A stretch of 25,566 nt of DNA, taken from the NCBI GenBank assembly GCA_002269645.1, contig NIVC01003833.1, positions 1 through 25,566 on the forward strand, given 5' to 3'. This document shows positions 1-9,700 of the stretch, in pieces. The notes under the pieces were generated by a model. It was not told the DNA's origin, searched no databases, and was given only the letters and a program-made list of their open reading frames with translations. The translations under genes were made by a program, and so were the position numbers. Within the stretch, counting starts at the first letter, position 1. Each line of letters opens with the position of its first letter. This DNA is from Macrostomum lignano (lineage: Eukaryota).

Positions 1-3000
1 GCGACATCAGGGCTCGCATGAGACTGACGGGGATCGGGGATGGGGCGGGAGCTTTGATCCTTGAGCACCGACTCTGATTCAGGAGGTTTGAAGCAGTAAA
101 GTGACGATTTGACTGTGGGTTTGAAGGCAGTGAAGTGACGATTGACTCTGGGGGTTTGAAGCAGTGAAAATGAAATTGACTCTGGAGGTTTTGAAGCAGT
201 GAAGTGACGTTTTGACTCTGGGGGTTTGAAGCAGTGAAGTGACGATTTGACTCTGGAGGGTTTGAAGCAGTGAAGTGACGATTTGACTCTGGGGGTTTGA
301 AGCAGTGAAGTGACGATTTGACTCTGGGGGTTTGAAGCAGTGAAGTGACGATTTGACTCTGGGGTTTGAAGCAGTGAAGTGACGATTTGACTCTGGGGGT
401 TTGAAGCAGTGAAGTGACGATTTGACTCTGGAGGTTTGAAGCAGTGAAGTGACGTTTGACTCTGGAGGTTTGAAGCAGTGAAATGAAGATTTGACTCTGG
501 AAGTTTGAAGCAGTGAAGTGACGCTTTGACACTGACTTGAAGAACTTAAGTGACGCTTTAGCTCCAATTTGGGCATGAAGCGTGAGGCTCTGACTCTCGC
601 GTGAAGTTACTCGTACAAGCTTCAATAGACGGCAGTGCATTAGTCACAATTCATCAATTCATCAATGAACAATAGATGTAACAATAGATTCCATTTCCAA
701 AGCCGATTTATTAGTTTCTATTTTTAGAGACACCGAAACTTGCAATCCACTGCAAAGTGCAACGAGTAACCGTTTAGGCCAGTCTCACCTCGTCTTCCCG
801 GCGCCGCCCAGGCCGACAAACATGAGCTTGGTGCGGTAGCAGGCCACGCTGCCGCTGGCCAGTCGGCGAAGGTAGGCGATGGTGGCCATCATGCCCTGCG
901 CCAGGATCTCCTGGGGCGGCGTCTTCAGGTTCTCGCAACCCTGCATCGACAGCACTGAGGGTCGGGTACGTAGCGGGGAGTGCAGGTTTGCGATGTGGCT
1001 TGCCGCTTGTGTCTGCCTGACATCTATATCGTATCTATCTTATTCTATCTCATCTTGTCTACGTCTGTCCGGGGTCCAGGATGAATGCATTTATATCCTG
1101 TTTATTTGGCTTCAATTATACTTTATCTGCATCGCATTTATCTGCCATGCACAGCACGCTTGTAAGTCCAGCCTTGAAAAGACTGGAAAAAACAATCAAA
1201 CATGGCTTTTGAAATTGCAACTAGCTTGGCGCTCCTGCAGAAGCCAGATGCTCTGTGAAATCCTCATCTGTACTGTTTGCATTTATACGCTTCCCCCAGC
1301 ACGCGATGTTATTTTATTGTTGCCGAGACGGCCCCGCCTCACTGCGCATCTCCCCGTCCATCTCTACTGTCGAAAGAGTGCATGACAACGCAGGCTCCTC
1401 AGCCACCATACCTTTTAGTTCCGGCAGGTTGCCCTGGACGCTCTCCAGGTAGAGATTGTTGTCCAGCACAAGGGTCCGGAGCTGCTTGAGGGCCGAGATC
1501 TCCTGCGGCACCCGCCGGATGCCCTGGTTGCTGAGCACCAGCGACTCCAAGCTGCGGCAGCCCAGCAGTTCCATCGGGAACTCGGCCTCACTCGGCCCGC
1601 CGCCGTCCTCAACGCACAGACGAGGCACCACGGCGAACAGCTCGGCTAGGAAGTTCTGCAGCTCCTGCGCCTGCAGGATTTTATCATTGTTAACGTCGTG
1701 TCGAGCGAACAGCTCCTCGCCGATGCCTTTCAGCGCCTTCTGCACCGCGAAGCCGTGGTTGCGGTACTCGGACCAGGCCTTGTAGGACATGATCAGCCCG
1801 GCGCCCAGGCCGCCGCCCCCGCCGCCCGGCTGCGCTGTGCCTGGCTGATCCGCCGGGCCCGCGGAGCCTCTCCGGAGCTGCCCTCGCCGCCGCCCTCGCC
1901 GCCACCATCGCCGCCGCCGCCGCCGCCACCGCCGCGACCGCCGCGACTTTTAGACATCTTGGGCAGCGGGACGCCGGACAAGTTGAGCTGCTTGAGCTTC
2001 TTTAGCCGGCCGAATCCGGCTGGCAGGCGCCGGATCAGCGTCTCCTTTAGCAGGAGGTTCGTGAGCGCCGACATGCGGCCAATCTCCTCCGGCAAGCGGT
2101 TCAGCTGCGTCCCGCTGGCGTCCAGCAGCGAAAGCGAAGGCAGGTCGCAGACGAAGGTGGGCAGGTAGCTAATGGGATTGTAGCTCAAGTTGAGAAACTT
2201 TAAACGCTTCAGCCTGCTCAGGCTGGGGTCCAGCTTAGTGATGAAGTTTTCGTGCAACTGCAGATTGATGAGGCCCTCGGACATCTGGCTGAGCCAGCCG
2301 GTGTCGCGCATCTTGCACCGCGACAGCTCCAAGTTGGTGAGGTTGGCCGCCGAGAGCAAAGCGGCGTTGGGGAACGGCTGCGGCAGCACCTGGTTCTTGG
2401 CGCGAATATTGCGAAGGCAGTCCACGTGGCGGCCAAGATCATCTTGCGTCAGGACGGTCTTGGCCGCCGTGTGCGAGTCGCAGAGGTCGCGGCTGTGCGA
2501 ATGTAGCATCTGGGCGATGCGCAGCCCGTTGCCGCTGGCGGATTCCGGACGAGCATCCTAGAGGGGTTTTCCACGGGCTTGCCACGGTTAATCCATAAGC
2601 TTTGATGGGATTTTATCGTTAGAAACGTAGGTATGGTTGGTTAAATTTTGGTTAAATATGCAGCAACTCTGCTTACATATCCATAATTTTTGTTCCTAAA
2701 GTATTGCAGTGTCATAGTCTCGCTTCATATTATCGCTTATAGTGTAATGATGTGTCAGTCATAGCGTCTTCGTTCCTGTCATCTCTGTCTGCTGCAGTGC
2801 ATTTCTTCGTGTCTTAACTCAAGGAATTACGATTTTTTGTATTTCCTTCAGCGATAAAACAATGTATAGCACAACATTACTTTTAGACGTCATTTTGTCC
2901 TCTGAGGAAGGAACGCGCTGCATAATATGCAACTTTCGACTGCTGGCAAGCAGTGCGTCTGACATTGGAGACCGCCACCAACGGGATTAGTCATAACCCT

Positions 3001-3624
3001 TCATACCCTTCATACTCTTCTTAATGCATTGCTACACTCGTATCTGCCCACAATAGCATCTCAGCCCCGGCGAATCACTTCCCCTATACAGGCCCACCTG
3101 CCACTTACCGCCCTGCCAGATCTGACCCTAGCAACCGGTCCAGTTTTGGCGCATAGGCTGCTCTCCTTGTAGCCGTCCTGTTCCAGCATCCGCTTCAGCA
3201 GCAGCTGATCTCTGTAGCTGCGCAGCACCGGCCAGATTCCCTGTGTGATCTGCGGGCAGGGGCATCAGTCTAGCTAAGTCTTGGTAATTAAGAGAGGCCG
3301 GTGCCAGCACTGCTTACCTGATTGACGCCCAGTTCGCTGTCGATTCCGGGCAGGTAAGCCAAGTCTGCCTTGGACAGAAAGGACTGCAAATTGGGCGCAT
3401 TAACAGGTGTGTAAATAAACAAATACACACATTTATGCCAGTCGCTAGACACAGCAGAGAAAGCAAATTAAGAGTCTCACGGTGAATCGAAGCAGCATTC
3501 CAATCAGATAGATGAGGTTGGTATCGTAGTGCTTCACTACATATCGGTACTCGTCCTCGGACAGCTCCACTCCCTGCTTGTCCAGCAGGTGCATGTCGCT
3601 CGTGTTGGCGCCTGTTGCGTTCAT
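1..3624 (-). CDS. ROCO-family protein 1 (death-fold-like, LRR, EF-hand, LRR, Roc GTPase); 3' part outside the window; 1-nt frameshift in exon 4
   Basis: Phase-compatible GT-AG exons: 3624-3481, 3383-3318, 3249-3109, 2557-1412, 954-789, 23-<1. The spliced product reads ...LPELK|VLSMQGCENLKTPPQEILAQGMMATIAYLRRLASGSVACYRTKLMFVGLGGAGKTS|LMRALMS. This is the typical last-LRR/PP linker followed by the Roc beta1 strand and P-loop (GxxxxGKT/S). Exon 4 is 1146 nt but its splice phases require 3n+1, so one base is missing. Confidence 0.88.
84..565. repeat. Minisatellite, ~35-bp unit (AGCAGTGAAGTGACGATTTGACTCTGGGGGTTTGA), about 13 copies, inside the ROCO1 intron 788-24
   Basis: Head-to-tail copies with small indels are directly visible. 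Confidence 0.95.
789..954 (-). CDS. ROCO1 exon 5 encoding the Roc P-loop (KLMFVGLGGAGKTS)
   Basis: Acceptor ccctcag at 955 and donor AG|gtgaga at 788. Joins in frame with the exons on both sides. Confidence 0.9.
1412..2557 (-). CDS. ROCO1 exon 4: LRR block, poly-Gly linker, EF-hand, LRR block
   Basis: LxxLxLxxN repeats (LTNLELSRC, LINLQLHENFI, LKFLNLSYNPI, LSLLDASGTQL, LKQLNLSGVPL, LESLVLSNQGI, LRTLVLDNN) are split over ORFs 1793..2509 and 1314..1790. Acceptor ctctag at 2558; donor AAAG|gtatgg at 1411. Confidence 0.9.
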
Positions 3625-4434
3625 TGAGAGCGAATTCGGCGATAGAAAATGGGAACTAAGAAGCAATTTGGGAGCAAAAAGAAACAAAAAAGCAAGCCGC
3701 GCATTCAATCGATTATCGAAGAGCCAAAATTCCGGAGCAACTGGCCAGGCAAATATTGAATAATCAGGCAATCAGGCAGTCGTGCCGGAAAGCCTGGCCT
3801 AGGCACAAGTGCGTTTCGCAGACCGGGGACAGACACTCCCGCCTCCCTGCTGCAGTTCGCAAAGAGAGAGCGACATAAACACTGGGAAAAACAGGCAGCG
3901 GAAAAGTTTACCCGAAAGTCAATCAGACAACGGATTAGCGGCAGGCCTCGCTTTTAGCCAAGCGGACTCCGGCTCGGGCAACCGGCCGCCTAGGGCATCA
4001 ATGCAATCCAGGCTATTAGCCTCAGCTTGTCATGCGAATCAAAACAAGAAGCGATGGGATTATAGAAATTCCCCAAGCGAGCCGGAGCCACATGAGGCGG
4101 GAGAAGCATCTGCCGTTAAGCTTGATATTGACGTCACAGCGCGAGACATCAGCGGGAGCTCAAGCTCTCCAATCCCCAAATGGAGAACTGTTGAGCACTG
4201 TAGCACAAATTTAAACCGACAACTATGAGGCATCTTACGTCTCAAATAGCAGTCAGCATGCTTTGAGGACCTGAAGTCAACCATCATATCTCTCGTATTT
4301 ACCATATGAGCCGTTTAAGTCTATGGCCCACCCGCCTTTAATCTGCACGAACTCGCGCCCGAATATGAATTATGGCCACATTCATTAATCTACCACTCGC
4401 CTAGCCGGAAATCAAAGGGCAAAGGAGGTTTATT
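3625..4434. promoter_or_regulatory. Putative bidirectional promoter / 5' UTR region between ROCO1 and the TTLL10-like gene
   Basis: The two predicted start codons diverge and lie 810 bp apart. No specific promoter motif was identified. Confidence 0.35.
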
Positions 4435-5730
4435 ATGGGCAGACTTCTCGAGCAGCCGCAGCCGCAGCCGCAGCCGCAGCCGCAGCCGCAGCCGCAGCCG
4501 CAGCCGCAGCAACCGCAGAAGCGCCAGTCGACCAGCAGTCGCCAGCCCGTTCCAGCGGCAAAGCAGTCGAACAATGTGGGCTCAGAAGCGAACTGGCTAG
4601 ACTCAGTCAGCACTTTCTCGGTGCCCGAGAAGTTGCTCCGCTTCGCGGCGACCATCCCTCAGGCGCCACCGTCCCGGCTGGCTTCTGCGCCGCCGCCACC
4701 GCTGCAGCTGCTTCCAGCCGGCGGTTTCATGTGCGAGTACCGCAACGGCGCCGCCGATGTGCGCGAGTTCTTCGCCCACCTCGGCTGGCCGCAGCTGCTG
4801 CCGAGGCCCAGCGAGAAAATGTGCGGCGGCGGCAGCGGCAGCAGCGTAGCCAAAAGCGTCGGTACCTGTGGCCCAGCCAACCGGCAGTGGAGCTGCGTCT
4901 GCGTGCAGTCCGCCCTCGCGGCCATGCCCGACTTCGCTTTCTTCTGGGGCAACCTGTCGTCCAGCACATATGCCCTGTGCATGGCGGCCAGCCAGCAGCG
5001 CCACAGGCCGATGGTGATGAACCGCATTCCCTGGGTGACGTTGATCAGCAACAAAAGCCAGCTGGCCGTCACCTGCATGGCGCACAAGCACTCCAGCACC
5101 AGCCTCTGCCTGCAGAGCCACATACCGGCTACATTCATCGTTGATCGAGACACAGACCGGAGCTCTCTGCCGGCGCTGGCCCGGCGCCTTCTGGCCATGC
5201 ACCCGGTGTGGATAGTGAAGCCGCACAACTACGCAAAGGGCGAAGGAATTCAGTTGGCATTTCGCGAGGACGGCGAGGCAGCGATGCTGCGCAGCCTGTC
5301 CAGCGACCGCTGGGGCATCGGCAAGGTGGTGCAGTGCTACATGACCGACCCCATGCTGCTCAGCGGCAAGAAGTTCGACTTGCGCGTCTTCCTACTCCTA
5401 GTAACCACCGGCTCAGGGCTGCTGGCGTTCTACCACACCGGCTACGTGCGGCTGGCGCTGAATGACTTTCTGGTCTGCGACAAGCAGCGCCTGGACACGC
5501 ACCTCACCAACCAGGCAGTGCAGGCCAAACAGTCTGGCTACGAGGCTAACAAGGAGGACACCATCTGGACGGTGCAGCAGATGAACAGCTACCTCAACCA
5601 GCTGCCGAGCAGCGAATTCGGCAACGACTGGACGATCAGGGAGCTGCATCCGAAGGTCAAGTTGCTCGTGGCCGCCCTGGTTGAGGCGCTGGCGCAGCGG
5701 GTGCAGAAGGACCGGCGCAACAGCAGCGGC

Positions 5731-5773
<43 letters not shown>

Positions 5774-6066
5774 GGGAGCGGCACCCGTGCCGGAACACGT
5801 TCAGCCTGCTGGGCCTGGACGTGCTGGTGGACTCGGCCGGCAAGCCCTGGCTGATCGAGGCCAACGCGGATCCCGCGCTCAGCCGGCAAACCCGGACATT
5901 GGAGCGGCTGCTGCCGACCATCACGGCGGAAGCATTCGGTCTGGCCATGGAGATCATCTACAAGTGCCACGGTGCCGACCCGCAGGCACCGGCACCGGCA
6001 GCCGAAGATTTGGCCTTCCTGCAGAACTTCCAGCACATTGGTTTCTACCCAGTGACAGAGAAATGA
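4435..6066 (+). CDS. TTLL10: Tubulin-tyrosine ligase-like protein, TTLL10-like (polyglycylase clade), intronless, 543 aa
   Basis: TTL motifs: WIVKP..AKGEGI, VVQCYMTDPMLLSGKKFDLRVFLL, GYVRLA, HLTN, FSLLGLDVLVD..KPWLIEANADPAL. HLTNQ and KEDTIWTV resemble vertebrate TTLL10 as recalled (HLTNQFMQ, KEHTVWSM). The subfamily call needs a phylogeny. Confidence 0.85.
4453..4509 (+). repeat. (CAGCCG)n coding microsatellite encoding a (QP)n tract
   Basis: Visible hexamer repeat near the TTLL N-terminus. Confidence 0.95.
5734..5772 (+). repeat. (CAG)13 encoding polyQ inside the TTL domain
   Basis: Pure CAG run just before the FSLLGLD motif. Confidence 0.95.
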
Positions 6067-6494
6067 GGGCCGGTCTCGCAGTGCTGCTGCTCAGCTCTGC
6101 TCGCTTTCAGTTTATAAAAGACGCGCGTCGCCAGTCCCTCCCTGGCCGGTGCCTCCTCATTTTAAGCGCCTCAACCTCGCGATGAGGCGTTTGGTTTTTT
6201 GTTGCAGATTTACAAGATAAGGAAGGCGTGAAAGTAAAAAAGTGAAGCAGTTCTTGTCCCGGAAATCTTCAGCATCTTTAATGCGTTTTAAATTTTGCTT
6301 AGCGCTGTTCGTGTGTGCTTTTGAAAATTGAAAAAAATCTCCAAATAGAGACACAGCTGCGCCCGATATTGGGAGACCTGCACCTGCTGCCTTCAACGAG
6401 AATAATTACACAGTAGATTGGCCGTTTGGTAAATTACTTCTAGCTGGCAAAATAAGTACAATAAAAGTAAAAGCATTTTTTGGAGTAGGTTTTT

Positions 6495-6690
6495 GGCATC
6501 ATGGCGCAACGCTTCTTTCGACACCATCCCACAAGCAGTGCTGGGCGACTCTTGACTCCTGCATACAACATACAAGCACGTAGGTGTACAGCGTGTACGC
6601 TATCTGTGCCTTGGAGGTTTGACTCTCATGGGTGTGATCGCACGACAGCCCCAATTGAATGTGACGCGGTTACCACTGAGCTGCTCTGCC
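6495..6690 (-). mobile_element. Degenerate tRNA-derived SINE, family B, copy 1
   Basis: The minus strand begins GGCAGAGCAGCTCAGTGG (A-box-like), matching the head at 12245. It shares CCAAGGCACAG, TGTACAC and TGCGCCA.G.TGCC with the 11684-12245 element. Confidence 0.55.
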
Positions 6691-6741
6691 CTTTTAATTA
6701 TCTAGCAAGGAAGGTGGCAACGCAATTAGATAACAACTTAC

Positions 6742-9700
6742 TCCACTGCAGACCGCGACACAAAAAGTGCAACCGCTGATCTTTCGGCGACTGCATCTTT
6801 ATCCTGGGCGCGATGAAGATGTCCTCGGACTTGAGCGTACCCGGCAGCAGGACAAAGTAGCCGGCATTCCTGGCCGGGTTCCACTTGACGGTCAGGCCGG
6901 CGGTCAGGGAGTATGGCGAGTTCACGCTGGAGGTGCAGCGTCTCGACTGCTTGTGCCGGATGGGCAGCGGAGTGTACTGGCTCTGAAGCGGTGGGAGAGA
7001 GAGTTGCGCCAGGCCAGGTCAGCGCTGAGTTCAGGCAGATGTCAGCAGTCTCTCTTCACCAACCAGAGCTGAATTAGCATTCAAGTCAGGCGTCGGGACT
7101 GCGGCTTAAGCCTCGTCAAAGTCCGTCCGACAGTTTAATTTATTTTTCGCTATCAAACCTGCATGCAATACTTGCCTACGCGGCATTCTACATTGAATTC
7201 TAATACTTCGCTACAGAAGTCCTGCGATAATATTGACTGAGAGCTCCTTGGCATACCCACCTGCTGATTAGGAGCATAGGGGAACACCGACGAAGCTAAT
7301 TTAAAAAATATCATTTCAGATTTCAAACTACAGAAACTTCGCCAATGTCTTGCCAGGTGCAAAAAGCGTGAAAATTAATCAAGCAAGACTCACGTCCAGG
7401 TATTGAAAGTTTCCAAACGGCACGGGCAGATATGTGGGGTAAGCCGACAGATAGTCGTACCACTGATCGAAGCCCTTCAGTTGTTCTGCGGAATTTTGGC
7501 ATTGACCTTTAGACTTAAAGTACATCCAAGACTTAAGCAATGCTCTCAGCTGAACGAGAAGTGTTTTATCTGCTCACTCTTGTCAACTACGGCGTTGATC
7601 TCCTCCGGGTAAAAGCCCAACGGCCGGATGTCGTCAGAGTCGACAGCGAACAGCCTGCCGTGCTGCAGATCCTCCGGCGGCGCCACCTCCAGAAGGCCGT
7701 CGCGGATGCTGGTGACGACGCCCGGCAACCAGGTCTGACCGACTCCGGTGCGGAACAGCAGCAGCATGCCGGGATGGAAGTGCAAGGTGGAAACGTGCTG
7801 CGGACAGTGTAGAAACAATCACGAATTTAGAGTGCCCAATTCGTTATGCGTACTTTTATTTTACTGGGCCAAGCTCGAGGGCATCATAAAGGTTACTTCA
7901 CTAAATTTCTCTGCGCAATAGGTGACACATTTTATCCAGTGCAATATGCCCAAACATAAAAAGTTGACGCCACTACAAACAAGATATGATAATGCGAACG
8001 ACGTGAATCAACTAATACCCGTATGGTACAAAGATGCATTCTGTAATTTTTTGAATTCGTCCTAGAGGCTCGAAAAATGAAATAAAATTACCGCAAACTG
8101 CGGACAGCCCAGAATGGCCAGGTTCCGACTTTCGGATGAGGGCTCTTGCTCCTCGAGTGGGTAGCGAGCTCGCACAAAAGCGTACAGCTGATCCGTTATG
8201 GGAGCTCGCAGCAAAACTTCGCTGTTGATTGAAACTTCCAGTTGGTTGAAGTAGCACTGAAATGAGTTTTTTTATAGTTAATTGCGTCTGCAGTGTCAAA
8301 CACTCGAACAGAATAACACAAATGGTCGGGGATTGCACAAGCATCGCCCAAATGGTCTGGGACTGCACTAGCATCCGCCAAAATGGTCTGGGACTGCACT
8401 AGCATCGCCAAAATGGTCTGGGACTGCACTAGCATCCGCCAAAATGGTCTGGGACTGCACTAGCATCGCCAAAATGGTCTGGGACTGCACTAGCATCCGC
8501 CAAAATGGTCTGGGACTGCACTAGCATCCGCCAAAATGGTCTGGGACTGCACTAGCATCGCTCAGATGGTCTGGGACTGCACTAGCATCCGCCAAAATGG
8601 TCTGGGACTGCACTAGCATCCGCCAAAATGGTCTGGGACTGCACTAGCATCCGCTAAAATGGTCTGGGACTGCACTAGCATCCGCCAAAATGGTCTGGGA
8701 CTGCACTAGCATCGCTCAGCTGGTCTGGGACTGCACTAGCATCGCCAAAATGGTCTGGGACTGCACTAGCATCCGCTAAAATGGTCTGGGACTGCACTAG
8801 CATCCGCCAAAATGGTCTGGGACTGCACTAGCATCGCTCAGATGGTCTGGGACTGCACTAGCATCCGCCAAAATGGTCTGGGACTGCACTAGCATCGCTC
8901 AGCTGGTCTGGGACTGCACTAGCATCGCCAAAATGGTCTGGGACTGCACTAGCATCCGCTAAAATGGTCTGGGACTGCACTAGCATCCGCCAAAATGGTC
9001 TGGGACTGCACTAGCATCGCTCAGATGGTCTGGGACTGCACTAGCATCCGCCAAAATGGTCTGGGACTGCACTAGCATCGCTCAGCTGGTCTGGGACTGC
9101 ACTAGCATCGCCAAAATGGTCTGGGACTGCACTAGCATCCGCCAAAATGGTCTGGGACTGCACTAGCATCCGCCAAAATGGTCTGGGACTGCACTAGCAT
9201 CCGCCAAAATGGTCTGGGACTGCACTAGCATCCGCCAAAATGGTCTGGGACTGCACTAGCATCCGCCAAAATGGTCTGGGACTGCACTAGCATCCGCCAA
9301 AATGGTCTGGGACTGCACTAGCATCCGCCAAAATGGTCTGGGACTGCACTAGCATCCGCCAAAATGGTCTGGGACTGCACTAGCATCCGCCAAAATGGTC
9401 TGGGACCGTACTAGCATCGCCAAAATGGTCTGGGACTGCACTAGCATCCGCCAAAATGGTCTGGGACTGCACTAGCATCCGCCAAAATGGTCTGGGACCG
9501 TACTAGCATCGCCAAAATGGTCTGGGACTGCACTACTCTGGGAGTATATCGCCACTCAAATAAACTACAAAGACGATTGCCCCCCGACACGCCTGAACAA
9601 AATTCAGGAATACAGTCACTTCTATCAGAGAATACAAAATATTTTCGATTCCGTAAGGCTTAAAAGTATCGATTTGAGTGTCTCTATCCAGGTTTTTGTA

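Noticed and set aside
79-576. 165-aa ORF
   Set aside because: It is a translation of the 35-bp minisatellite inside a ROCO1 intron.
1860-1880. Programmed -1 ribosomal frameshift in ROCO1
   Set aside because: There is no X XXY YYZ slippery heptamer at the switch, and similar -1 defects occur in the unrelated GT32 gene.
4423-4429. Perfect Shine-Dalgarno-like AGGAGGT 5 nt before the intronless TTL ATG, suggesting bacterial origin
   Set aside because: TTL-family motifs, CAG tracts and codon style are eukaryotic and match the neighbouring genes. A 7-mer match can arise by chance.
6157-6396. 79-aa minus-strand ORF as the last ROCO2 exon
   Set aside because: Its nearest acceptor gives phase 0, but the preceding donor is phase 1, and the sequence is AT-rich like UTR. 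Not fully excluded.
8012-8435. ORFs beginning MLVQSQTI
   Set aside because: They start in the minisatellite. The real exon (8256-8092) is in another frame with proper splice sites.
8325-9535. CRISPR-like array of ~30-bp repeats
   Set aside because: The units abut with no unique spacers, there are no cas genes, and the array lies in a eukaryotic intron.
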